Position numbers and translations under genes: made by a program. The notes below the pieces were generated by a model, which was given only the letters and a program-made list of their open reading frames with translations, searched no databases and was not told where the DNA came from. From positions 1 to 62,848 of the forward strand of contig CAZHLG010000001.1 of the NCBI GenBank assembly GCA_964533145.1: a stretch of 62,848 nucleotides of DNA. Direction: 5' to 3'. Of this stretch, positions 32,648-40,953 are shown one piece after another; position 1 is the stretch's first letter, and each line of letters begins with the position of its first letter. The stretch is from an uncultured Candidatus Saccharibacteria bacterium (GTDB taxonomy: Bacteria > Patescibacteriota > Minisyncoccia > Phycocordibacterales > UBA9973).

Positions 32648-33307
32648 TTAGAGCCATTGCCGCTGCCGAAAACTCACGCAGTCGCGTTCTGTGAGCAGTA
32701 CGTGGTCTGCAAGAACGATACCGAGGATGTTGCCGGCGCTTTTGAGGCGGCGGGTCACTTCCCTGTCTTCTTCGGACGGATTCAGATTTCCCGATGGATG
32801 ATTGTGTGCGACGATGATGCTTGCTGCGTGCCGCGCGAGCGCCGGTTCGAAGACTTCGCGCGGATGCACCAAACTCGCATTGAGTGTCCCTATGGATATG
32901 ATCTGCCTCTCGATGAGCCTGTTCTGCGAGTCGAGATAACATGCGATAAAATGCTCCCGTTTTGATCCGCGTATATCGGCGCATATGTGCCAGACATCAT
33001 GAGGTTTGATGAGCGGCTCGCGTGCGGCTGCCCTGATGCGTTTTGAGAGGGCAAGCAGGGCGATGGTCTGCGCGGCCTTGGCTCCGCCAAGGCCGCGCAG
33101 ACGCTGAAGATCCTCCAGCCGTACGGCAGATGATCCGGCATCGCGGATCTTCGCAAGCACGCGCCGTGCCAGCTCGAGCACGTTGACGCCTTTGGTTCCC
33201 GATCCGAGCACGATCGCGAGCAGCTCAGCATCGGCGAGCTTGTCTGGGCCGTAGCGGGCAAGCCGTTCGCGTGGCAGGTCGAGTCTGTCCAATTCCTTCA
33301 TTCTCAT
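32648..33307 (-). CDS. radC: RadC-family JAB/MPN domain protein
   Basis: Motifs HNHPSGNLNPSEEDREVT and ELLAIVLGSGTKG, plus a HhH motif. Confidence 0.92.
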   Translation of the reverse strand: MRMKELDRLDLPRERLARYGPDKLADAELLAIVLGSGTKGVNVLELARRVLAKIRDAGSSAVRLEDLQRLRGLGGAKAAQTIALLALSKRIRAAAREPLIKPHDVWHICADIRGSKREHFIACYLDSQNRLIERQIISIGTLNASLVHPREVFEPALARHAASIIVAHNHPSGNLNPSEEDREVTRRLKSAGNILGIVLADHVLLTERDCVSFRQRQWL

Positions 33308-33360
33308 GCCAAGAGTTTCGCATGAGTCACTTCAAAAAAGACACAAGAGAAGATAAAGAT

Positions 33361-34122
33361 TTATTCAGCAAATACAGCGCGAGCTTTTGCTATCGCCGTT
33401 TCGAGTGCGATCCGGAACACGGTTTCCGCAGTAGCCATGGAGCTGTCGCGCGCAGTTGTCAGGATGTCGATTTGCCCCGAAGCGTCTTGCGCAAGTGCTG
33501 CTATGGCTTTTTGGTATGCTGACCGGGCATCGCGCATGCCGGCAAGTGTTGCTGTTGAAGGTTCGGTGCGAAGCGGGTTTTCCGTACACTCGTTCTTTGC
33601 TCCGGAGAGGACCGTGTTTGCCGCCGTTCCGAACACGGTGATGGCTGTCGCATAGGCATCGCCTTGCTGGAGGATGACTTTGTCGATCCCTGTGCGGTAT
33701 GTTTTAAGCACGTTGTCGATCGTCTTTCGCCGGACCGAGACGGCCGCGGTCATCGTTTTTTTGAATGCGGTAGCGGCATCCTTCTCTGCGTCGGTGTCAG
33801 CAATGGCCGAAAGTGCCTTATACTGATCCGCGTAGGCTTTTTCGGCATTCTGCCGGGCAAGCAGGACGGCCTTATCGCTTTCGGTGCGCGCCTTGGCGAT
33901 GGACTCTGAACGCGTTGCTTTGTCTGCGTCGTACGCTTTTTTGCTGTCGAGCATGAGCTGACCAATGGATGCGCTGGCTTCGTCTATCTGCGCGCAAAAA
34001 GCGGAACGCTCGGCAGCGGCCGTTGTCTGGGCGTTTGCCGGACGGACGATGCTGAAGATCGGCACGACGATGAGTACCGAGAACATGAGCACTCTGAGGA
34101 TGCGGACGGATTTAGAAGCCAT
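33361..34122 (-). CDS. Secreted Ala-rich helical protein (253 aa)
   Basis: Has a signal peptide (VLMFSVLIVVPIFSIVRPANA). Third gene of the ECF sigma operon, overlapping its upstream neighbour by 11 nt. Confidence 0.65.
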   Translation of the reverse strand: MASKSVRILRVLMFSVLIVVPIFSIVRPANAQTTAAAERSAFCAQIDEASASIGQLMLDSKKAYDADKATRSESIAKARTESDKAVLLARQNAEKAYADQYKALSAIADTDAEKDAATAFKKTMTAAVSVRRKTIDNVLKTYRTGIDKVILQQGDAYATAITVFGTAANTVLSGAKNECTENPLRTEPSTATLAGMRDARSAYQKAIAALAQDASGQIDILTTARDSSMATAETVFRIALETAIAKARAVFAE

Positions 34123-34789
34123 ATTTTTGGGTGGGGTCGCTCATATATTTCGGATCGGCCATTGCCAGCTGGCGTTCGGAGTCGGACTGTTTGATGGAGC
34201 GTGCATCCGCATCAGACTCAGTTCCTGCCGCTGTCGTGTATGCGTCAAATGCCGTGTTCGTTGAGTCCTGTGCGGCAGAAAGAGCAAAAAGCTTCGCCGT
34301 GGGGGCCGAAGACGCCTCTGGTCGGTCGTCAGGCGTTGCCGAAGTCTTCTTCTGCTGCGGAGCGGTCATGGCGATAGTCTGATCCGATCCTGCCGGCAGT
34401 GCATTCGAGGGCGCTATCGGCGCGGCGGGATTTTTGCGGACCATGAAGCCGCCTGCCACAAACAGCGCGATCGCTGCCACCGGAAGGACGAGCTTCCATG
34501 CAGAGAGATGCATCGTGCTCCAGAACTGGACGTAGGGACTCTTTGTCTGCGGCACGCGTTCTGCTGCGGTCTCCGTTTCAGGCAGCTCGGCAAGGATCGC
34601 GCGAAGTCCCGCCATATCGGGACGGATGGCGTTTTTCTTTGTTTCCAGCGACGCTGTTGTCCTGAAAAGCTCGGAGATGTCGTCCGCATGCGTTGCGTAC
34701 GTACCGAGGATCGCCGGTACAGATACGCCTTTGTCGCGCAGTTCGAGCGCTTCGGCAAGGACTTTTTCGATTGTCGGGTTATTTTTCAT
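34112..34789 (-). CDS. Putative anti-sigma factor (single-pass membrane protein)
   Basis: Called from its position immediately after the ECF sigma gene (11-nt overlap) and its central TM (LVLPVAAIALFVAGGFMV). Confidence 0.6.
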   Translation of the reverse strand: MKNNPTIEKVLAEALELRDKGVSVPAILGTYATHADDISELFRTTASLETKKNAIRPDMAGLRAILAELPETETAAERVPQTKSPYVQFWSTMHLSAWKLVLPVAAIALFVAGGFMVRKNPAAPIAPSNALPAGSDQTIAMTAPQQKKTSATPDDRPEASSAPTAKLFALSAAQDSTNTAFDAYTTAAGTESDADARSIKQSDSERQLAMADPKYMSDPTQKYGF

Positions 34790-35327
34790 GCTGTTCGTTG
34801 AAGAGTTTTCCGAGCGTTCTGAGAGCGCGCACTTGCAGCTGCCGCACCGCTGTCTCGTTCTTGTCCATGATAGCGGCGATCTCCTTGTTCGAGAGTTCGC
34901 TCACATATCTGAGCGTGACGGCCTCTTGCTGCTCTGCGGTGAGTTTGGACAGGCATGCGCGGAGCAGGTCGGCATCTTCACGCAATCTGGCGGCTTCGAG
35001 GGCTGTCGGCGACGGGTCTGGGATGCTGGCCAAAAATTCGTCGTCGCTTTCGGACTGAATCGTTTTTTTGCGCCAGTGGTCGATGAGCGTGTTTCTGGCG
35101 ATCGTGTAAAAATATGCCAAGGGCGATGCCGCCTGCGGATTGAGCGAGCCGACGGATTTGTATATTTTGACGAATACGTCCTGAACAAGGTCCTCAGTCT
35201 GCTCCTTCCGCTTCACGCGTGCGTATATATATCTGTATACAGGAACATAATATTCCGAGTACAGCAAGGAAAAGGCCTCGTGGTCGCCTTGTTTGGCCCG
35301 TTCGACTGTCTTTTGGATATCGTTCAT
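34779..35327 (-). CDS. ECF-type RNA polymerase sigma-70 family factor
   Basis: Region 2 (YRYIYARV, EDLVQDVFVK) and region 4 (LRYVSELSNKEIAAIM..NETAVRQLQVRAL). Confidence 0.9.
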   Translation of the reverse strand: MNDIQKTVERAKQGDHEAFSLLYSEYYVPVYRYIYARVKRKEQTEDLVQDVFVKIYKSVGSLNPQAASPLAYFYTIARNTLIDHWRKKTIQSESDDEFLASIPDPSPTALEAARLREDADLLRACLSKLTAEQQEAVTLRYVSELSNKEIAAIMDKNETAVRQLQVRALRTLGKLFNEQHEK

Positions 35328-35409
35328 TCGGGGCGCTTGGGTCCCGTGGTGTATTACGGACCCTGTGGCCGGGAGTGATGGCCTCCGGCGGCTCCTTACA
35401 GTATACGGC

Positions 35410-36024
35410 CTAAGGCAAGAATTGGAAACTTGCGGCCACCCCCTCGAGCGTTTTTCCGATCTTTACGGCATCGAATTCAGTGATCCCGGCTTCCGGAGGA
35501 TAATTCCCGATGTTCGTTGAATGGATCGTGTACTCGACGGCATAGCACGCTCCGTCGCGGACAGTTCGATAGCTTGTCGTCTTGTATATGTTGCCAGCGC
35601 CGGCGTCCGTAGAGACGATCTTGGCAAAGGCGTGGCCGTTGATGACGACGGTTTCTGGCGAGCTTGCTCCGTTATCTGGCGTCAGGCAGGACGTGATAGC
35701 GCTCTGTTCTTGCGAGAGTCCGACGCTGAATCGAGCTTCAGAAAAATTCGTTCCGGGGATGTATGACCGAGGAAGCGTGGCTACGGCGATAATCCTGCCG
35801 GGGGCTGCCGAGAGAGCGCTCCAGGAAGTCGTTTCGTGCTGCGCGCCGAGGAACATCTCGTCCGGGTATCCGAAAGAAAGACGGTCGGTCGCGTCGGTGA
35901 ATATGTTGGCATACGCCGCCGGCTGTTCCGGTTCCGGCGAACGTTCCGCGTGGCGGTACAAGTACCACCCTCCGCCGATGAGTATGATGATAGCGACGAT
36001 CCAGATACCTGCTTCTTTGTTCAT
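35410..36024 (-). CDS. Membrane-anchored hypothetical protein (204 aa)
   Basis: N-terminal TM (IWIVAIIILIGGGWYLY). Confidence 0.65.
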   Translation of the reverse strand: MNKEAGIWIVAIIILIGGGWYLYRHAERSPEPEQPAAYANIFTDATDRLSFGYPDEMFLGAQHETTSWSALSAAPGRIIAVATLPRSYIPGTNFSEARFSVGLSQEQSAITSCLTPDNGASSPETVVINGHAFAKIVSTDAGAGNIYKTTSYRTVRDGACYAVEYTIHSTNIGNYPPEAGITEFDAVKIGKTLEGVAASFQFLP

Positions 36025-36075
36025 AATCGTATCTATTATACTACTACGTACGGCGAACCCGGCAGTGACGCGTTA

Positions 36076-36108
36076 CGCACAGAGCCCGCGCTATGCGGGC
36101 TCTGTGCG
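36076..36108 (-). terminator. GC hairpin downstream of the KGG gene (possible terminator, no clear U tract)
   Basis: Sequence cgcacagagcccgc-gctat-gcgggctctgtgcg. Confidence 0.4.
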
Positions 36109-36126
36109 GTATGCAGGAGAACAGGT

Positions 36127-36366
36127 TCAGCGGATTCTGTCGTCTGAATCGTCGTTCGTGTCCGTGCGGCTTGATTCTCCCCGGCTCGCTCCCCCGCGTG
36201 CTCCCGCTTCTCGGGCTCGTTGCGGATTGTTCGCGAAGTTGCCGGGATTGTTTTCTCTGCCTTGGCTTTGGCCGCCCATAGAGGCGATTCGACGTTGTTT
36301 TTCCGGATCCATCGACGCAAAACCCCGATGCGAAGCGCCGCTGCGACCCTTGTCGTCGTATGGCAT
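36127..36366 (-). CDS. KGG-repeat general stress protein (YciG-like)
   Basis: Motifs RGFASMDPEKQRRIASMGGQ and ..AREAGARGG. Confidence 0.8.
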   Translation of the reverse strand: MPYDDKGRSGASHRGFASMDPEKQRRIASMGGQSQGRENNPGNFANNPQRAREAGARGGASRGESSRTDTNDDSDDRIR

Positions 36367-36468
36367 GCTGTTGCGTGTGCGTTAAGCGTGCTAATGTTCG
36401 ACCCAAAAATGCTAACGCTGGCAGTTTCGGGATGTGACCATCGACGCGCTTCTTTCGGATTGCGCGGA

Positions 36469-37260
36469 TTATTTCGAAGCTTCGATCGCCATGAAGAGCG
36501 GAATCTCTTTTCGTGCGGCATCTTCGGCTTTTTGGCGCGGGCCGGCCTGGCTTTTCTTGTGGGAGATCCATTCTTCGAGGCGTGTGACGGCGAATCCGGT
36601 TTTGTGCAGTGCCTTGAAAAAATCCTGAAGCGAACGGTGGTATGAGACGGTCTGCTCGTGCTTGTTCGCGCCCGGATGCATGTCGATCTTTGAGACGCTC
36701 GGCGAAAGATACCCGTCTACGCGACGATACTGAGACTGTTCCGTTTGGTCAAAACCCCACGACGAGCGTTTGGGTATGCGGAATGCCGGATGGTTCAGGA
36801 CGAGCAGCAGCCGTCCGTCCGGAGCGAGCGCCCGATATGCTTCGGCGAACGCCGCGTGCATGTCTTCGATGTTCTGAATGGCCAGCACTATCGTCGCTGC
36901 GTGGAAGGCCCCGTTCTTTGCGAAGGCGAGTCTGTGGGCCGGTGCTGCGTGGAATTCGATCTCCGGGGATCGCTGGCGGGCGCGCTCGATAAGCTCCTTT
37001 GAGATATCCGCGCCGGTGACTCGCGCGCCCGCCGCCGCGAACTTGCGCGAGAAGAATCCCTGTCCGCAGGCGATGTCGAGCACGTGCATGCCGGCCTTCG
37101 GTCCGAGCAGTCGCATGAGGTTCGGTGCGATGACTTTTTCCTGATAGCTGTCAGGGTCGGTCTCAAGAAGCTCGTCATACCAGTCGGATACGCCGCCCCA
37201 GGATGTTTTCGGGCGTGGTTTGGCGGCGGGTACCGCACGCTTGGAGAGTGGTTTTTTCAT
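36469..37260 (-). CDS. Class I SAM-dependent methyltransferase
   Basis: Motif I VLDIACGQGFF. Start is ATG 37260 (MKKPLSK). Confidence 0.85.
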   Translation of the reverse strand: MKKPLSKRAVPAAKPRPKTSWGGVSDWYDELLETDPDSYQEKVIAPNLMRLLGPKAGMHVLDIACGQGFFSRKFAAAGARVTGADISKELIERARQRSPEIEFHAAPAHRLAFAKNGAFHAATIVLAIQNIEDMHAAFAEAYRALAPDGRLLLVLNHPAFRIPKRSSWGFDQTEQSQYRRVDGYLSPSVSKIDMHPGANKHEQTVSYHRSLQDFFKALHKTGFAVTRLEEWISHKKSQAGPRQKAEDAARKEIPLFMAIEASK

Positions 37261-37267
37261 ATGGCGC

Positions 37268-37273
37268 ATTATC
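37268..37273 (-). promoter_or_regulatory. -10 box GATAAT (minus strand), 7 nt before the ATG at 37260
   Basis: Reverse complement reads tatgGATAATgcgccatATG. Confidence 0.45.
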
Positions 37274-37293
37274 CATAAAAAAAGGCAATCAGG

Positions 37294-37327
37294 CAAACAA
37301 AAAGGACCCTCGAATCGAGAGTCCTCG
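37294..37327 (-). terminator. Intrinsic terminator (minus strand)
   Basis: Reverse complement gaggactctcga-tt-cgagggtcct followed by ttttgtttg. Confidence 0.6.
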
Positions 37328-37341
37328 GTGTGGCGGCCGCT

Positions 37342-37467
37342 TCAAGTAAATGTCTCCTTCGGCCGTTTTCCTTTGATTTTGTGCTCGGCATTCTGCTTGT
37401 GTTTTCGGTAGAGATAGATGCCTCCTGTGATGGCGATGAGACCTGCGCCGATAATAAAATATGTCAT
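37342..37467 (-). CDS. Candidate 41-aa single-TM micro-protein (MTYFIIGAGLIAITGGIYLYRKHKQNAEHKIKGKRPKETFT)
   Basis: Hand-translated and below the track cutoff. It has a TM followed by a basic tail and is followed by a terminator. Confidence 0.35.
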   Translation of the reverse strand: MTYFIIGAGLIAITGGIYLYRKHKQNAEHKIKGKRPKETFT

Positions 37468-37545
37468 GTACTGGTGCTATTTGCCTGCACTGTAACACAT
37501 TTTTTCGTTAAAGCAAAATTGGTCAGGCTAGCGGCATCTGTGCCG

Positions 37546-38415
37546 CTACGGGAACAGTGCCCGGAGTTCGTCTGATGCGTAGAATAGTCCCCCGAGTTCG
37601 CCGTACGAATACGTGCGGCCGCCGATCGAGAGCGGCGCTCCGCCTGCTTCGGGCATCTCGTGCGGCCGCGATTTGACGAAGCCGAGATTGAACAGCGTCA
37701 CGATGATATCGGGCCGTCCCGAAATGTCGAAGCCTGCCCGCAGCCACTGAGCCTCGATCTCGCGCACATACAGCGCCGTGTAGAGATACTGGTAGTAATG
37801 ATCTTTGGGTTCGGTCAGGCGCTCGAAAAGCTCTGTGTCGTGATCGGTTTCGGGTCCGTACGCAAAGAGTTCCGTCATGCCTGGACCCGGATAGAACGGC
37901 GAGAGCGGATCCGCCGCGTGGCGCTCGATGTCCTGCGCCGTATCGATTTTGATGCCGGAGACGCCGAGCGAAAATTGGGACATGGCGCCGAGTATCTTGA
38001 GCGGCTCGAAGTAGCGCTTGAAGACCTCCCTGTTTGCGCTGAAGAACCGCGACTGCTCCGGCACGACGACGGCGGCGAGCATGCGCGCCGGCACGCCGGT
38101 CTCTGCCGATACGCGGCGGATCACCTCGGCGTCTTTCTCGAGGCCGCCCTGTACCGTGAGCCATTCGGAAGTGGTGTTCCATTCGCATGTCTGCGAGCCG
38201 TCCGTGCACGGTGTCCTGTGCTCGACTGCCTGCGCTCGCTGGTCGATCGCGCCGATGGCGTTGGCTGAATTGAGGAAAAAACTGTTGCGCTCGCGCGCCG
38301 TCCCGCGCACGTTGAAGAGGCCGAGACGCATGCCGAAAAAGACCGCCGTGAAGGCGGCGCCGATGGCGGCGAAGAGGACCAGAATGGCGAAGAGTGTCTT
38401 TTTCAGAGGCGTCAT
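37546..38415 (-). CDS. Membrane-anchored hypothetical protein (289 aa)
   Basis: Start is ATG 38415 (MTPLKKTLFAILVLFAAIGAAF). No motif recognised. Confidence 0.7.
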   Translation of the reverse strand: MTPLKKTLFAILVLFAAIGAAFTAVFFGMRLGLFNVRGTARERNSFFLNSANAIGAIDQRAQAVEHRTPCTDGSQTCEWNTTSEWLTVQGGLEKDAEVIRRVSAETGVPARMLAAVVVPEQSRFFSANREVFKRYFEPLKILGAMSQFSLGVSGIKIDTAQDIERHAADPLSPFYPGPGMTELFAYGPETDHDTELFERLTEPKDHYYQYLYTALYVREIEAQWLRAGFDISGRPDIIVTLFNLGFVKSRPHEMPEAGGAPLSIGGRTYSYGELGGLFYASDELRALFP

Positions 38416-38423
38416 GCGCCGTG

Positions 38424-38429
38424 AGTATA
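38424..38429 (-). promoter_or_regulatory. -10 box TATACT (minus strand), 8 nt before the ATG at 38415
   Basis: Reverse complement reads gcgTATACTcacggcgcATG. Confidence 0.45.
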
Positions 38430-38449
38430 CGCGACAGCGCGCGGACCGT

Positions 38450-39577
38450 CTAGTCCTTGACCGTCTCACGCATGCTTGGCGGAATGCTTTTCGTTACTTT
38501 GAACGACATGCGCCCGATCGTCTCGCCGCCCGGGGCCAGTACGTTGACCCGCCACTTCCCTTCTTGGAGTCTTCCGTAGAGTGAGTATGTGCGGAATCCT
38601 CCGTCGCGGCCGCCTGTCACGGCGAGCGGAATGCGCGCTCGCGTTTCCCAGCGCCGAGCAGAATCATCATACTGCTGCCATTCATGCGTTATGACCGTAC
38701 GGAACGACCCCGGCGAAAAAACAGCTGTATAGGCGTATGCCGTGTCCGTATCGGCATGATACGGAGGATAGCTGTTTATGAGGGTCAGTGCGCGGCGAAA
38801 GATGGTCGCGGGTTCTTCCGTGACCGCATAGTGCCCGTCGGCCGTACGGGAGACGGAGTGATATATGCCGGCGTCTTGCAATAGGAGCGGCAGCGGCGGG
38901 ATGATTCCAAGGAAATAAAATCCGTTCATGACGAGTGTTACGGCGATGACGGCTCCGAGCGCTGCGCGACGGCTGCGCGGGGGCTGGGTTCCCGCCAGGC
39001 GTTTGATGCCGGCAAAAAAGAGCAGCATGATGCCGAGCGATGCGATACCCGCCGCGACGAACGTCTTTCTGCCGACTTCGTTCATGACGAGCGGCATCGC
39101 ATATGCGGCAAAAAGGTACACCGACAGGAAAAAAAATCCCGTTTGGAAACCGATGCGCGAATAATGGCGCTTGTGCGTTTCGTTTGCCACGGCTGCTGCG
39201 CCGACGATCAGGAAGAACGGCCAGGATACGGCAAGCGCTGCGGATCGGAAATAAAAGATCAGGAATGTCGAGAGCAGGCTGCCGAAGATGAACTGCATGA
39301 CCGTGACCAGCACGAAATGATCGCGTTCCGGGTTGTCGCCGGCAGCGCCGCCCGCTTCGCGGGCGGCGCGTTCTTTCCGCGCGATGAGCACGATGCATGC
39401 GGCGACAATCGCCAAGCGCACTCCGGCAAAGATATTCTCGCCGATCTTGTCGGCGCGGGTGAGCGTAAGCGCGTCGACGGCAAAGCCGCCGAAGAACGAT
39501 ATGACCGAGATCCGATGCTCATTGCGGGCGTACCAAGCACGGGCTGCGGACAGCGATTGTTTTCCGAAGGCGGCCAT
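38450..39577 (-). CDS. Polytopic membrane protein with a C-terminal DUF2914-like domain
   Basis: About 7 TM helices, then ITHEWQQYD..GGFRTYS..GKWRVNVLAPGGETIG. The DUF2914 pattern is recalled, not verified. Confidence 0.7.
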   Translation of the reverse strand: MAAFGKQSLSAARAWYARNEHRISVISFFGGFAVDALTLTRADKIGENIFAGVRLAIVAACIVLIARKERAAREAGGAAGDNPERDHFVLVTVMQFIFGSLLSTFLIFYFRSAALAVSWPFFLIVGAAAVANETHKRHYSRIGFQTGFFFLSVYLFAAYAMPLVMNEVGRKTFVAAGIASLGIMLLFFAGIKRLAGTQPPRSRRAALGAVIAVTLVMNGFYFLGIIPPLPLLLQDAGIYHSVSRTADGHYAVTEEPATIFRRALTLINSYPPYHADTDTAYAYTAVFSPGSFRTVITHEWQQYDDSARRWETRARIPLAVTGGRDGGFRTYSLYGRLQEGKWRVNVLAPGGETIGRMSFKVTKSIPPSMRETVKD

Positions 39578-39578
39578 A

Positions 39579-40889
39579 TCAGCGTTTGGGAAGATACAGC
39601 ATCGGGTCGAGGTATGCGTTCAACGCGGCGACCGGCGCGGTGTAGTTGCGGCCGCTGCAGGCCTTGCTCGGGAAGCTCTGGATGCTGCCGGCGTCCGCGG
39701 CGATGATCGTAAGATGCAGGTGCGGGCCTGTCGCGTAGCCGGTTTCGCCCGAGTAGCCTATGACCTCGCCCGCGCGAACGCGCGTCCCGGTGGCGATTCC
39801 CGGCTTCACGAGCGACAGGTGTCCGTACAGGCTTGAGAGTCCGTTGTCGTATTTGACGTATACCCACATGCCGTACGATGCTTTTGGGCACGTGTTGTCC
39901 GTATTGCCCGTGCCTTCGATCACGCCGCTTGCCATTGCTTTGACCGGTGTGCCGATAGGCACGCCGAAGTCGATGCCGTTGTGCGTGCCGCTCGCATACA
40001 GCCGACCTGAATCGGATGTCTTTCCGAAGAGCTGCGTGATGCGTACCGTGTCCACCGGCCACTGGAGCGGGCTTGAGCCGGCGGGCGGCAGCGACTTCGG
40101 ATCGAGCACGTATTTGAGGCGAGATTCGTAGTCGCGCAAATCGCCTTCGAGCTGGGACTTGAGGGCTTGTTTCTGCGTGATGAGTTTCTGGTATGCCGAT
40201 TCCTGATTTTTCGTCTCCGCGAGAAGGGCGTTTTTCTGATTCTGAGTCTTCTGATTGATCGTCTTCTGGTCGCGCAGGTTGTCATCGAGGACGACGAGTT
40301 CACGCTTGGTCTTTTCGACCTGCGTCTGGTCGGTCACCAGCACTTCCTTCGTAGTGGAAAGTTGGCCGGTTTTTTCCCTGAGCGCATCGCGAAGCGCTTC
40401 GCTCTCGGCAGCATGCTGCCATACATCGGTAAGCGTCGCTCCGCCGACAAGCAATGCCGAAAGCGAGTTTGTGTCCTCGATCTGCATGTCGCGGATGCTC
40501 TTGCCGACGGCCGCCCTGAGGTCGTCCATGGCGGCGCTTGTCTTCTGGATCGAATCGCCGAGCGAGCGCAGCTTGAGATTGGCGGCGGAGATCTTGCCTT
40601 CTGTCACCTTGATCTGCGCATTGAGCTGCTTCGATTCGAGCGTGAGCTGGGCGACGGCATTCGCGAGCGTGTTCTTGCTTTTCGAGACCGTGACGAGCTG
40701 GCTTTGGTAGCTTGCGATCTCTGCTTCGAGGTCGGCGATTGCCTTGTTTTGCGCCTCGATCTTGCCTTGCAGTTCCGTCGCCGTTTCGGCCTGGCTTTTC
40801 CCGGGAAAGAAGCCGAACGCTGCGCCGAGCAGCGCAAGCACGAAGAGAGAACTCAGAGCGCCCCGATGTTTCCGATCGATACGGACCAT
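39579..40889 (-). CDS. M23 family metallopeptidase with an N-terminal coiled coil (EnvC-like)
   Basis: Motifs GTHNGIDFGVPIGTPV and GYATGPHLHL, preceded by a long coiled coil. Confidence 0.9.
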   Translation of the reverse strand: MVRIDRKHRGALSSLFVLALLGAAFGFFPGKSQAETATELQGKIEAQNKAIADLEAEIASYQSQLVTVSKSKNTLANAVAQLTLESKQLNAQIKVTEGKISAANLKLRSLGDSIQKTSAAMDDLRAAVGKSIRDMQIEDTNSLSALLVGGATLTDVWQHAAESEALRDALREKTGQLSTTKEVLVTDQTQVEKTKRELVVLDDNLRDQKTINQKTQNQKNALLAETKNQESAYQKLITQKQALKSQLEGDLRDYESRLKYVLDPKSLPPAGSSPLQWPVDTVRITQLFGKTSDSGRLYASGTHNGIDFGVPIGTPVKAMASGVIEGTGNTDNTCPKASYGMWVYVKYDNGLSSLYGHLSLVKPGIATGTRVRAGEVIGYSGETGYATGPHLHLTIIAADAGSIQSFPSKACSGRNYTAPVAALNAYLDPMLYLPKR

Positions 40890-40895
40890 GGGTCC

Positions 40896-40901
40896 ATTCT
40901 A
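40896..40901 (-). promoter_or_regulatory. Extended -10 TGcTAGAAT (minus strand), 6 nt before the ATG at 40889
   Basis: Reverse complement reads tctgcTAGAATggacccATG. Confidence 0.5.
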
Positions 40902-40953
40902 GCAGACCACCGGCACCAGCTGAAAGCGGAACAGTGGCGGAAATGCTGCTCGG

